From Deltaproteobacteria bacterium (GTDB lineage: Bacteria > Desulfobacterota > Dissulfuribacteria > Dissulfuribacterales > QOAL01), in assembly GCA_024275145.1 (NCBI GenBank), contig JAJRZR010000079.1, forward strand, positions 384 through 64,383: 64,000 bases of DNA, read 5' to 3'. Below are positions 10,894 through 20,676 of this stretch, piece after piece. The position numbers were made by a program, and so were the translations under genes. A model generated the notes under the pieces. It was not told where the DNA came from, made no database searches, and worked only from the letters and a program-made list of their open reading frames with translations. Numbering within the stretch: the stretch's first letter is position 1; the number at the start of each line of letters is the position of its first letter.

Positions 10894-12372
10894 TTGAGCG
10901 AGGAAAGCCAGGTAATAAAGCAAAGACGTCAGAAGGCTGAAGAACTGGAAAGGCAGGGCATAAACCTGTTCCCCAACCAGATACCTCGGCCCGAAAGGGC
11001 AGGTGCCATACGTAAGATCTATGACAAGTATGATAGCGAGGCCCTTGCAAAGCTAGAGGATAGCTTTCGTCTGGCCGGTCGCATTATGGGCATAAGGCGT
11101 TTCGGGAAGGCCACTTTCCTGCATATCCAGGATAGCTCCGGGCGTATCCAGGTCCATGTCACGAGGGACAGGGTTGGGCCTGAAGCCTACAAGATCTTTC
11201 GCAAATTTGACATAGGTGACATCATCGAGGTCACGGGCGATCTCTTCAGAACGAGGACAGGGGAGTTGACCATTTCGGCACAACGTGTAGGGCTCGTCAC
11301 GAAATCCATGAGGCCGCTTCCTGAAAAATACCATGGCATCAAGGACAAGGAGCTGCGCTATCGCCGGAGATATGTTGACCTCATCATGAATGATGATGTC
11401 CGGGAGAATTTTCGGGTAAGATCCCGGATAGTCCAGATGCTGAGGCAATACTTTTCCTCACAGGGTTTCCTGGAGGTCGAGACTCCCATGATGCAGACCG
11501 TGGTTGGAGGGGCCACGGCCAAGCCTTTCAAGACCCACCATAACGCGCTGAACATGGACCTGTTCCTCAGGATCGCGCCGGAACTATATCTGAAAAGACT
11601 GCTGGTAGGCGGTTATGACAAGGTATTCGAGTTGAACAGAAATTTCAGGAACGAGGGAATTTCTATTCAGCACAACCCTGAATTTACCATGTTGGAGTTT
11701 TACGAGGCCTATGCCACCTATGAAGACCTGATGATCCGTACCGAGGAACTCTTCTGCCAGATATCCAAGGACATCAAGGGTGGACTCAGGTTTGAATATC
11801 AGGGCCACGATCTTGACCTCACACCCCCATGGAGACGGATGACCCTTGCCGAATCCCTTGTTCAAACCGGCGGCATACCCGAAAGTGAACTAACCGACAG
11901 AAGGGCCCTTGAAAGACGTCTGGATGCCTTGGATAACCCTGTAAAGGGAGACGAGCCTACGGGGAAATACCTTGCCAAGCTGTTTGATCTCCTGGTCGAA
12001 CCCAGACTTATTCAACCGACATTCATCACCCAATATCCTACTGACATCTCCCCCTTGGCAAGGAGGAATGCCGAAAATCCCGCTGTTACCGACCGGTTTG
12101 AACTCTTCATCGTAGGCAGGGAGATTGCCAATGCCTTTTCGGAACTAAACGACCCGAGGGATCAAAAAAGGCGCTTCGAGGAACAAATTGCCAAGAGGGG
12201 CGATGACGAAGAGATACCACCAGAGGTGGACATGGACTACATAAGGGCACTTGAGACCGGGATGCCACCGGCAGCAGGGGAGGGTATCGGAGTAGACAGA
12301 CTTGTAATGCTATTTACCGATTCCCCCTCGATCCGGGACGTGATTCTTTTCCCACTCCTGCGTCCGGAATAA
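10894..12372 (+). CDS. lysS: Lysine--tRNA ligase (class II)
   Basis: TTG start 8 nt after GGAGGA. 'FRNEGISIQHNPEFTMLEFYEAYA'; C-terminal 'GEGIGVDRLVMLFT'. Confidence 0.95.
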   Translation: MSEESQVIKQRRQKAEELERQGINLFPNQIPRPERAGAIRKIYDKYDSEALAKLEDSFRLAGRIMGIRRFGKATFLHIQDSSGRIQVHVTRDRVGPEAYKIFRKFDIGDIIEVTGDLFRTRTGELTISAQRVGLVTKSMRPLPEKYHGIKDKELRYRRRYVDLIMNDDVRENFRVRSRIVQMLRQYFSSQGFLEVETPMMQTVVGGATAKPFKTHHNALNMDLFLRIAPELYLKRLLVGGYDKVFELNRNFRNEGISIQHNPEFTMLEFYEAYATYEDLMIRTEELFCQISKDIKGGLRFEYQGHDLDLTPPWRRMTLAESLVQTGGIPESELTDRRALERRLDALDNPVKGDEPTGKYLAKLFDLLVEPRLIQPTFITQYPTDISPLARRNAENPAVTDRFELFIVGREIANAFSELNDPRDQKRRFEEQIAKRGDDEEIPPEVDMDYIRALETGMPPAAGEGIGVDRLVMLFTDSPSIRDVILFPLLRPE

Positions 12373-12443
12373 TCGCCGGTTAGCAGCTGTAGCTACTGGA
12401 TTTCGTACAAGGTTCATCAGGCAAAGGCTTAGTAGATATTTTT

Positions 12444-13736
12444 ATGAAATTTGAGCTCCGCATGGCCCTCAGGTATCTGAAGGCTAAGAGAAAACAGGCC
12501 TTTATCTCTGTGATCTCGATGATCTCCACAGGGGGGGTCGCCTTGGGCGTAATGGCATTGATAATCGTCATATCGGTGATGGCAGGCTTTGAAAATCACC
12601 TTCGTACGAAGATCCTTGGAATAAATGCCCATATACTCCTGAGAAGCTATGACGGTCCCTTCGATGATATCGAAAGGATGGAAAAGGAATTAATGGATAT
12701 ATCCGTTCCCCGGAGGGGGTTTGCAGGTCTTTTGGACAGGCTGCTTCCAGGCAGAAAGGCCTCTGACAGGGTCACTGCAGTGACACCAGTGGTGTATGTT
12801 CAGGCCCTCCTGAGTTCGGGCAGGGCCGTTACCGGGGTGATGCTCAGGGGAATCGATACTGCAACAATAAGCAAGGTGGTAACCATAGGCCATGTGGTTT
12901 CGGGTAAGGGACTTTCGGCCCTCAAGGAAACAGGTGGCAGCAGATATCCACCGATCCTCATTGGAAAAGAGGTGGCCAAGAGCTTGGGTGTAGCAGTAGG
13001 ACAATCCATACAGGTGGTGCTTCCCAGTGGAACGATTACCCCCATGGGAATGATGCCGAAGATACGAACCTACCGGGTAGCAGGTATCAACACCACGGGA
13101 ATGTACGAATATGATGCCTCGCTGGCCTTTATCTCCATCAAAAACGCACAAAAGTTGGTAGGCATAGGTAACAGGGTCCATGCACTCGAGATAAAGGTGT
13201 CTAATATATACGCTACCGACAGGTTGTCCAGAGCTATCCAGGAAAAATTGGGCTTCCCTTACTGGACCATTGACTGGCAAAGAATGAGCAGGAATCTTTT
13301 TTCCGCACTCGAGCTTGAAAAGCTTGCTATGTTCATAATACTTACACTCATAGTACTGGTGGCTGCCTTCAACATAATAAGTACATTGATCATGCAGGTA
13401 ATGGAGAAGAATCAGGATATTGCCATCTTGAAGGCCTTGGGCGCAACCGATGGGCAGATACTCAGGATTTTCATGTTAAACGGCCTTCTGATAGGCCTTT
13501 TCGGTACGTCGGTAGGGACGGTTGGTGGTATTGTCATTTGCGAACTCCTGAAGAAATATAAGTTCATAAAGATTCCCCAAGAGGTTTACTATACCGACAG
13601 TCTTCCCATACTTCTCAAGGGTAGTGATGTGACGATAATTGCAGTGTCCGCGGTGTTGATATGTTTCCTGGCCACGATTTATCCCTCGAAGCAGGCGGCC
13701 AAGATCAGCCCATCCGAGGCACTCAGAACAGGATAG
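12444..13736 (+). CDS. lolE: Lipoprotein-releasing system permease (LolC/LolE, FtsX-like)
   Basis: 'ALRYLKAKRKQAFISVISMISTGGVALGVMALIIV', periplasmic MacB-like loop, C-terminal FtsX TM bundle. Confidence 0.85.
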   Translation: MKFELRMALRYLKAKRKQAFISVISMISTGGVALGVMALIIVISVMAGFENHLRTKILGINAHILLRSYDGPFDDIERMEKELMDISVPRRGFAGLLDRLLPGRKASDRVTAVTPVVYVQALLSSGRAVTGVMLRGIDTATISKVVTIGHVVSGKGLSALKETGGSRYPPILIGKEVAKSLGVAVGQSIQVVLPSGTITPMGMMPKIRTYRVAGINTTGMYEYDASLAFISIKNAQKLVGIGNRVHALEIKVSNIYATDRLSRAIQEKLGFPYWTIDWQRMSRNLFSALELEKLAMFIILTLIVLVAAFNIISTLIMQVMEKNQDIAILKALGATDGQILRIFMLNGLLIGLFGTSVGTVGGIVICELLKKYKFIKIPQEVYYTDSLPILLKGSDVTIIAVSAVLICFLATIYPSKQAAKISPSEALRTG

Positions 13737-13749
13737 GTGACAAGATGAA

Positions 13750-14541
13750 ATGACCAGCCATGTGAAAGGTCCCAGGGTAGCCTTGGGTATGCAGCTTTCC
13801 CATTGTCCATCAGTGGTTACCTTGGGGATCAAATGCAACTGGGACGATTATTCCCCTGGGGAGATAGAACTTATACGATCAGCTCCCAAGGTCTACTTTC
13901 CTACCGTGTTTTTCGCTGATACCCTGGCTGCAGCTGGTAAGTGTCTGTTCCCAAGTATTCAATGTTATAGACTTCTTGGCGACAAGGTTAAGCAGATGCT
14001 TCTCTTCGATCTTTTGGGGGTACCCTTTCCAAGGACCAGGGTGTTCTGGGGCAGGAATCGTGCAGAAAAAATACTGAAACATTTTGAATTTCCCTTCATT
14101 GCCAAGTTCCCCTACGGATCATCAATGGGACTAGGTGTATTCCTGATAAGGGATCGCTCGGACTTGGACAATTACCTATTACGGACAAGGCATGCCTATA
14201 TACAGGAATATATCCCTATAAGACGTGACTTGAGATTGATCGTGCTGGGAAAGGAGGTGATCCATTCCTATTGGAAGGAGGCCCCTTCAGGTGAATTCAG
14301 GACAAATGTGGCCCAGGGCGGCAAAATAACCTTTGATGCCGTACCCTTGAAGGCCTTGCGTCTTGTAGAGGAGCTTGCAGGCAAGGCAGGACTCGATCAC
14401 GCCGGTTTCGATCTGTGTGAAAGGGATGGAGAATTTCTGATCCTAGAGGCAAATATGCATTTTGGTAAAAAAGGCCTCGAAATGGCAGGTAAAAATTACA
14501 AGGAGATCCTAAGTGATATGGTCGAAGGCGGCATTATATAA
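13750..14541 (+). CDS. ATP-grasp (RimK-like) ligase family protein
   Basis: 'FPFIAKFPYGSSMGLGVFLI', 'AYIQEYIP', 'LRLIVLGKEVIHSYWKEAPSGEFRTNVAQGGK', 'GFDLCERDGEFLILEANM'. Start uncertain (13750 or 13789). Confidence 0.7.
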   Translation: MTSHVKGPRVALGMQLSHCPSVVTLGIKCNWDDYSPGEIELIRSAPKVYFPTVFFADTLAAAGKCLFPSIQCYRLLGDKVKQMLLFDLLGVPFPRTRVFWGRNRAEKILKHFEFPFIAKFPYGSSMGLGVFLIRDRSDLDNYLLRTRHAYIQEYIPIRRDLRLIVLGKEVIHSYWKEAPSGEFRTNVAQGGKITFDAVPLKALRLVEELAGKAGLDHAGFDLCERDGEFLILEANMHFGKKGLEMAGKNYKEILSDMVEGGII

Positions 14542-14609
14542 CTTAATTTGCCGTGAGATGCGCCCTCCATTGCAAGCAAATCCACCTTTCGAGGCAGCTC
14601 TCTACATAA

Positions 14610-14963
14610 TTATTTCATGCATGCCTTTCCGGTCCTGAACGGAATGACCTTGGTCCCGGACTTCATGCAAGGAACGGTATCCGACGTTCCGATCCGTTTG
14701 AGTGTCTCAAGGGCGCTCAAGAATCCGCCTTCACTATGTACAAAGTCCATCATCATATCAAAGAGACGGATACAGGATTGAAGCGGGTTCTTACATCTTT
14801 TGCGCTCCATGTCGATCCGCCACTGGAGTCTGATGAGGCGCTGTCTGCTGTGGGGTGGGCATCTCATTATGGTTTCCTCTATGACCCTTTTCCTCTCCTT
14901 CTCAAATTCTACCGGATCGTTCCTTGCAAGCTTTGCCCATTTTTCAAAATCAAAATCTGACAT
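14610..14963 (-). CDS. Small conserved hypothetical protein (DUF3135-like, from memory)
   Basis: Track ORF 14610..14978 (GTG). ATG 14963 is preceded by GGAGAAGGAAG. 'FDFEKWAKLARNDPVEFEKERKRVIEE...RQRLIRLQWRID'. Confidence 0.5.
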   Translation of the reverse strand: MSDFDFEKWAKLARNDPVEFEKERKRVIEETIMRCPPHSRQRLIRLQWRIDMERKRCKNPLQSCIRLFDMMMDFVHSEGGFLSALETLKRIGTSDTVPCMKSGTKVIPFRTGKACMK

Positions 14964-14994
14964 GGCTTCCTTCTCCACACCCCTTCATATGCGC

Positions 14995-15023
14995 ATTATG
15001 ACCGGCACGCAGTAGCTTTGCAA
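14995..15023 (-). promoter_or_regulatory. Sigma-70-type promoter candidate for the DUF3135-like gene
   Basis: Minus strand reads TTGCAA (15023..15018), a 17-nt spacer, then CATAAT (15000..14995). It lies about 30 nt upstream of the SD and ATG at 14963. Confidence 0.45.
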
Positions 15024-15055
15024 TAGAATAGAACCTGCACCCGTGTGATGTGGTT

Positions 15056-15071
15056 GTAGGGTATACCCTAC
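15056..15071. promoter_or_regulatory. Perfect 16-bp palindrome GTAGGGTATACCCTAC (candidate operator or activator site)
   Basis: Read directly from the sequence. It sits 33 nt upstream of the candidate -35 box. Confidence 0.35.
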
Positions 15072-15346
15072 CACGTCGTCGGACATATGAAGCACAGGCC
15101 GTCTCGTACCTTATGTCCCTTGCGTTTGCATGCTTCTGTAAACGCAAACCAGTAACGCTTCATAATTTTCAACAATCGCCCTGTGACCAGTTTTAGGTCC
15201 ATCTATTTTGATACGTTGTGGTTTTTTTATCTTATGACAAGTGTCTTGCTATCTGAATAATGCAAGGATCAGGCCGGAGAAAGGGCCTAAAAATGGCTTG
15301 TTATCCTGGGAAAGCTGTAGGAGGTTTGGATATCTGATATATTGAT

Positions 15347-15402
15347 GGAAATTTTTTTCCAAAACGGGAAATTTTTTCCATGCAATAAAGAAATTTTTTT
15401 CC
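15347..15402. repeat. Three phased A/T-rich inverted-repeat motifs GGAAA-T(3-4)-TTTCC
   Basis: GGAAATTTTTTTCC (15347-15360), GGAAATTTTTTCC (15367-15379), AGAAATTTTTTTCC (15389-15402). Start-to-start spacing is 20 and 22 nt. Confidence 0.6.
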
Positions 15403-15525
15403 GCACAGCCTGAACCCCCCATACCTGCCCGAACCCAAGACACGTATATATCCCAGGACACGATGGCATAATCCGGATGACCAGCTCATCTATACCAGTG
15501 GTGCACCGGGCAGCCAGAGATCTGA

Positions 15526-16275
15526 TCAGATTGTTTTGTTGGAATCGCGGGGAGGAATCCTTTGTCTTGATGCAAGACATGCGGCTATGTCCGCCATGTC
15601 AGGCTGACGCCCTGTATCCATGAACGTTAGCTTTCCAAGTTTTGTGGAGATTTCAGGGCCTTTGACCTTGCAATCATGGCCCCATAGGGGATAGTGTACG
15701 CCTGAAATCCTATGAAAGATCCATGCCTCCAGCGTGAGCATTATTACAGCCAGTTCCAGGATGACGATGCCTTCGAATCTGTCGAGCACACCCATTGCAG
15801 CTAGCAATGCGGTAGAGGCAGCCGGAGGATGGATTATTCCTGTCAGGGTCATAAAAAAACCGCTGAGCCCCAGGGCGATGGCCGTGGATATGATCAAGGC
15901 CCAGGATATGGTCTGAGAAGTCATGGTGCCACCTGTATATGCCTGGACGATGTGAAATGCCCCCCATCCTGTAATGGCCCCAAGCATATGCCCAAGAATC
16001 GTGTTGCGGGGGCTGGACATGGGAGAGGCAGGAGCATAGAAAATCAAAAAGGCCGTAGGTCCCAGGGAGGGGAATACCAGTGGCCATGTGGTAAGATAGG
16101 CAGCGCTTCCCATTATGATCATGCTTATCAATGTAGCTAACAGTATGAAACACGCACTGATAAGCCTAGTATCCAGGCACGTGGCAAGATACCAGAACTG
16201 CAGGCGGCTTATTTTGGATAGGGTCCATATGATGCGTTCAAATAATTTTGAGGGGTTTCGATAGGATTTTTCCAT
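15526..16275 (-). CDS. HPP-family integral membrane protein
   Basis: Multi-TM protein with the signature 'GIIHPPAASTALLAA'. Confidence 0.8.
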   Translation of the reverse strand: MEKSYRNPSKLFERIIWTLSKISRLQFWYLATCLDTRLISACFILLATLISMIIMGSAAYLTTWPLVFPSLGPTAFLIFYAPASPMSSPRNTILGHMLGAITGWGAFHIVQAYTGGTMTSQTISWALIISTAIALGLSGFFMTLTGIIHPPAASTALLAAMGVLDRFEGIVILELAVIMLTLEAWIFHRISGVHYPLWGHDCKVKGPEISTKLGKLTFMDTGRQPDMADIAACLASRQRIPPRDSNKTI

Positions 16276-16393
16276 TGGCGAGTTCCATCAAGGCTTCCTG
16301 GCTATTTCATGGCCTGCGGAAGTTTCTTCTTTAATAGTTTGCGGGGTGTCGTTTAATCAGGCTATCTCAGGTTTTGAAACAGGTACGTGTGCC

Positions 16394-17311
16394 ATGTTCT
16401 TAAAAAAATTACGACGGCAAGCAGCGATGGTTACGGGCGACTTCGCCAAAATTTTTGGCAATCAGGAGGTCCCGGCCTGTCCAAGGGTAGTTATGAAACT
16501 CTTGAAGGCATTGAGAGACCCTGATATTTCCATCGAAAAAGTTGCCTCTTTACTTGAAACCGATGCCGGCCTTTCGGCAAGGATACTGACACTTGTAAAT
16601 TCTGCCCTTTACGGGTTGCCTGGCAGGATTACAAGTGTTGCAAAAGCATGCTCCATCCTGGGACTCAAGGAGATAGAAAATCTGACGCTTTGCCACGCAA
16701 TGGCAGAGGTCATAAGGGACCCTGGGTGCGAAGGATTCGACCTTGATATATTCTGGACAGATTCCCTTGAAAGGGCGCTTTTTGCCAGACAGATCTCTAT
16801 TGCCCTAGGTATTGATCCAGAAGATGGATTTGCCGGCGGGCTCATGCAGGATATGGCGCTGCCCATTCTTTTGACGGATTGGTTCGACATTTATCACAAG
16901 GTCTTCGAGAAATGGCAGGCCGGTGACAAGGGCCTGGAATCCGTGGAGATGGAAGAACTTAGCTGGAATCACTGCCAGGCAGGGGCCTGGATTGCCAAGT
17001 CATGGGGACTTCCTGACATATTGGTATGTTGTATTGGGTTGCACAGTAGCTCCGCAGGCGATCTTGTTCGACTCAACCTTACAGGTACCGCGGTAGTGCC
17101 AGTTATGCTCTCTTCGCGTATAATTTGGGCCCGTATAGATACCAGTACCCAGGCCGAATTCATCGAAACGGCAAAATCTTTTGGCCTGGACAAGCAACAG
17201 TTGATTACCGCCCTCGTAAGGACTGAGGAGGTTCTCAATGAACTTGGGAATTGCTTTGACATAGCTATAGTGACCAGGGATTCGCTAGCCTCTATAATCG
17301 ATAAGCCGTAA
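16394..17311 (+). CDS. HDOD domain signalling protein (second paralogue)
   Basis: Track ORF 16346..17311 (GTG); first ATG at 16394. 'VVMKLLKALRDPDISIEKVASLLETDAGLSARILTLVNSALYGL'. Confidence 0.8.
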   Translation: MFLKKLRRQAAMVTGDFAKIFGNQEVPACPRVVMKLLKALRDPDISIEKVASLLETDAGLSARILTLVNSALYGLPGRITSVAKACSILGLKEIENLTLCHAMAEVIRDPGCEGFDLDIFWTDSLERALFARQISIALGIDPEDGFAGGLMQDMALPILLTDWFDIYHKVFEKWQAGDKGLESVEMEELSWNHCQAGAWIAKSWGLPDILVCCIGLHSSSAGDLVRLNLTGTAVVPVMLSSRIIWARIDTSTQAEFIETAKSFGLDKQQLITALVRTEEVLNELGNCFDIAIVTRDSLASIIDKP

Positions 17312-17569
17312 AAACAGGATTTCTCCGAAACTTGCCAGTATAGTTGCGTAACAAGAGATGATATTTTTTGCCTGTCCTGAATCGAGAAAATATATTTCAG
17401 AACAGGACATGAAGTGGTAAAAAAACCGTTCGTGGGGATCACGTGCATCTTCTGCCAATGAGCAGGATAACTGCCAATTAAAGAAGAAAATGTAACCATA
17501 TCACAGGATATGGCATACTAACCTCTTGATTCATATCTGTTTACATCAAAGAAAGGGAGCATAATAGCA

Positions 17570-18703
17570 GTGATTATTATCTTGAAACCCGACACGGATC
17601 CTAGTGGTCCTGAAATGACAAATCTTTTGGATTACCTCTCTCAGTTTCCTGACATAAAGACAAGAACCTCTGGCGTGAGAGGGACCAGCAGGGTAGTAAC
17701 CGAACTTTATCTCATAGGACCGACCCACCATATCCCAACCGAAACGATTGCAAGGATGCCCGGAGTAGAAAAGGTAGTAAGGGTCTCCAGCAAGTACAGG
17801 CAGATTGGCAGGCATGGGGGGCAACTGGACCAGATTGGATTTACCTACAACGGGGTGGATTTCAGCCAGGACACCTTCCATGTCTTTATGGGTCCATGTG
17901 CGGTCGATACCCCGGAACATGTGGAAGCGATGTTCCGGGCCATGAAAACGGCAGGCCTTACCACTGCTAGAATGGGGGCATACAAGCCGAGAACAAGCCC
18001 CTATGACTTCCAAGGCCATGGCAAAAGTTGTCTTCCATGGGTCTTTGAACTGGCCGGAAAATATGGAATCAAGGTGATAGCAATGGAGGTACTGAGGGCC
18101 ATCCATATCGAGGAGATTCAGCAGGCCCTGGAAGAAACCGGTCATCCTACCGGGGTAATGCTACAGATAGGCACCAGAAATGCACAGAATTTCGAGCTGC
18201 TCAAGGCCGCTGGCTCTCAGCAGGAATTTCCCGTTCTTTACAAGCGAGGTATGGGATTGACCTTGGAAGAGTCCCTGAATGCATGTGAATACATCGCCAG
18301 TGAAGGAAACAGGAACATCGTATTCTGCCTGCGCGGTGTGAAAACCAGACTCGGTGATCCCCATCGAAACCTCGTGGACTTTGCCCATGTACCTGTTATA
18401 AAAAGACTGACTAGGCTCCCGGTCTGTGTAGATCCGACCCATTCGGTTGGCGGCAAGGACCGTGCCCCTGACGGTCTGCTTGATATATTCCATGCAAGCG
18501 CACAAGGGATTATTGCCGGGGCAAATATGATATTGGTCGAGTTCCATCCCAGGCCTGAATTGGCCTTGTGCGATGGCCCCCAGGCCCTTACTCTACAAGA
18601 GTTGGACCACTTCATGGCCGATGTAGAACTGGTAAGAAAGACCTATATCGAAAGAAAAGAACTTGCGGCCAGGGCACTTTTCAAGGAATGGCATCCTGCC
18701 TGA
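17570..18703 (+). CDS. aroF: 3-deoxy-7-phosphoheptulonate (DAHP) synthase, type I-beta, with N-terminal ferredoxin-like regulatory domain
   Basis: GTG start after AAGGGAG. 'MIIILKPDTD' N-domain. 'GPCAVDTPEHVEAMFRAMKTAGLTTARMGAYKPRTSPYDFQGHG'; 'DPTHSVG'. Confidence 0.85.
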   Translation: MIIILKPDTDPSGPEMTNLLDYLSQFPDIKTRTSGVRGTSRVVTELYLIGPTHHIPTETIARMPGVEKVVRVSSKYRQIGRHGGQLDQIGFTYNGVDFSQDTFHVFMGPCAVDTPEHVEAMFRAMKTAGLTTARMGAYKPRTSPYDFQGHGKSCLPWVFELAGKYGIKVIAMEVLRAIHIEEIQQALEETGHPTGVMLQIGTRNAQNFELLKAAGSQQEFPVLYKRGMGLTLEESLNACEYIASEGNRNIVFCLRGVKTRLGDPHRNLVDFAHVPVIKRLTRLPVCVDPTHSVGGKDRAPDGLLDIFHASAQGIIAGANMILVEFHPRPELALCDGPQALTLQELDHFMADVELVRKTYIERKELAARALFKEWHPA

Positions 18704-18876
18704 TGGGCAAATCCACGGGGCTCTATGCCTGTGCTGCCTCATTCCAGGATGAAAACTTGATTGACCCTAACTAGAGATTGTGAAATCCCCCGATCTGTAT
18801 GCGGTTGACAGGATATGCAGAATCTGGGGGTGGAAGACACACAGGGGAATGCCTGTAACAAAATTGAACGGTGGAG

Positions 18877-19593
18877 ATGACCTTGAAGATTCATTACCTG
18901 CAACATGTTCCATTTGAAACACCTGGAGAGATCCTTAACTGGGCAAAGGAAAGGAATTATCCCGTAGAAGGTACCCTGGTATTCGACGGTGAGACTTTAC
19001 CGGATCTCAACGAATTCGATCTTCTCTTCGTAATGGGTGGTCCCATGGGTGTACACGATGAGGAAAGTCACCCCTGGCTCAGGGAAGAAAAATCATTTCT
19101 GAAGCAGGCAATTGCATCCGATAAAACGATTGTCGGTATCTGCCTTGGCGCACAACTTCTGGCACATGTCCTTGGTGCATCCGTCAGGAAGAACATAGTG
19201 AAGGAAATCGGCTGGTTTCCTGTATCTCTTACCCCAATCGGCTGGGATTCAGCCATCTTTGGAAAACTACCAGCCACATTTGAGGCCCTTCATTGGCATG
19301 GAGACACCTTTGAGATACCTGAAAACGGATTCCACATAGCCTCTTCTGAGGCATGTGCAAACCAGGCATTTATAGTGGATAACAGGCTCATAGGGCTTCA
19401 ATTCCACCTGGAAATAGACCGTGAGGGATTAAAACGTCTGGTTCATCACTGTGGAAATGAACTCCTTGAAGACGGTGAATATGTTCAACGGCCGGAAATA
19501 ATACTCGACGAGGGAAGGGACTATGCACCCATGAGGACGATTCTGTTTCAGCTTCTGGACCAGATTGCATCCTCTGTAAGGACCAGAAATTGA
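18877..19593 (+). CDS. Class I glutamine amidotransferase-like protein
   Basis: ATG 18877 after GGTGGAG. Nucleophile elbow 'IVGICLGAQLLAHVLG'; 'LHWHGDTFEIP'. Confidence 0.8.
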   Translation: MTLKIHYLQHVPFETPGEILNWAKERNYPVEGTLVFDGETLPDLNEFDLLFVMGGPMGVHDEESHPWLREEKSFLKQAIASDKTIVGICLGAQLLAHVLGASVRKNIVKEIGWFPVSLTPIGWDSAIFGKLPATFEALHWHGDTFEIPENGFHIASSEACANQAFIVDNRLIGLQFHLEIDREGLKRLVHHCGNELLEDGEYVQRPEIILDEGRDYAPMRTILFQLLDQIASSVRTRN

Positions 19594-19618
19594 CCGAAGG
19601 CTTACCTAACCTCTCACG

Positions 19619-19659
19619 GTCCTTGTGCCGTGTTTTCACGGTAAAGCTGCCCCGTAAAG
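19619..19659 (+). repeat. Degenerate partial copy of the 80-nt intergenic repeat
   Basis: GTCCTTGTGCCGTGTTTTCA matches the repeat core GTCCTTGGGCCGTGTTTTCA at 19 of 20 positions. Similarity is weaker further on (shared GCTGCC). Confidence 0.4.
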
Positions 19660-19677
19660 ATGCAAGCGCATATAGTT

Positions 19678-19724
19678 GTAAAAAGAGAGGTCCTGATCGA
19701 CCATCGAGGGGCTTCAGGACCTCT
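19678..19724 (-). terminator. Rho-independent terminator candidate downstream of the lipoprotein gene
   Basis: Perfect 11-bp stem AGAGGTCCTGA (19686-19696) / TCAGGACCTCT (19714-19724). On the minus strand it is followed by CTTTTTAC. Confidence 0.5.
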
Positions 19725-19753
19725 TTGACGATTATCTTCAGAAGAAGGACGGG

Positions 19754-20530
19754 CTAATTTCCGGCCTCTTTGGTTACAGTCGCGTTTTCTATTATAACTT
19801 TATACCTGTAACCTGATCCAAAATCCTTGTCTGCAAAGGCGGTTCCTTTGACCAGTACCACATCGCCTACCTCGGGAAGATCCTGGGTAGTTATCACGAG
19901 GTCATAGTCTTCCTTTGATGGCTCACCGGTTCCATCCTGGATATGCACCCAATTTTTACCCATTATCTTAGTGAGCACCTTGACAACCTTTCCCCTTACC
20001 ACAACGGGCTTCTCATTGAGCTTAGGGGCATTTTTGTAGATCTCTGCAATGGTATACGCATCTTTCCCCGAGGCCTTTTTCACCTTTATCAACTCGGGCT
20101 TACTGGAAATCACCTTACCGCCCGTGGCAGACAGCCCGGCTCCTTCTTCCATGCCACTGTTTACAGGGCCAGATGAAAAGATGATACGTTCAAATGTGCG
20201 GTTCAATGTCTTGCTAGTGAAGTTGTTCATCTCGGTACCTGGCTCTACCTCAAGAATTTCTCCCTTTTTGACCGGTACTGCGGGCATGGCAACCCATATC
20301 TTGTTACCGTTATTTTCCAGAAGCACATAAGTATAGCCACCACTATCCATGGTCTCTATAACCTTTCCCTTTATACTAGCTTCCCCGTTCGTTGTGTTTT
20401 CACTTATCCCTTCGGCCTTTTTGGCAGGGGCAGAGGATTCACCTTTGCCCTTGCAGGCAGTCAACGAAAGTGAAACTGCAAAAACTACCGCGAATAAGAT
20501 GATTAGTTTGGAACGATGGGTCTCAAACAT
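19754..20530 (-). CDS. Lipoprotein with 'GGYTYV' domain plus OB-fold-like C-terminal domain
   Basis: Signal peptide and lipobox 'SLSLTAC'. 'SGGYTYVLLENNGNKIWVA'. C-terminal 'VRGKVVKVLTKIMGKNWVHIQDGTG'. Confidence 0.6.
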   Translation of the reverse strand: MFETHRSKLIILFAVVFAVSLSLTACKGKGESSAPAKKAEGISENTTNGEASIKGKVIETMDSGGYTYVLLENNGNKIWVAMPAVPVKKGEILEVEPGTEMNNFTSKTLNRTFERIIFSSGPVNSGMEEGAGLSATGGKVISSKPELIKVKKASGKDAYTIAEIYKNAPKLNEKPVVVRGKVVKVLTKIMGKNWVHIQDGTGEPSKEDYDLVITTQDLPEVGDVVLVKGTAFADKDFGSGYRYKVIIENATVTKEAGN

Positions 20531-20676
20531 GATTACTCTCCTTTGTCATTGATTTGTCCGGAAGATACGGCCTGAATACAGGCGTTGTCTTCAACCCAAG
20601 TTACGCGCTTCAAATGCCAAACAATATTGCATCCAAGCACAGGTGTATTCCACGGTGAAAAGCAGTTTGAACCCCT

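Noticed and set aside
15249-15580. Three overlapping minus-strand ORFs of 62-97 aa in the AT-rich spacer
   Set aside because: They overlap each other and the 3' end of the HPP gene, run through homopolymeric A/T tracts, and lack SD sequences.
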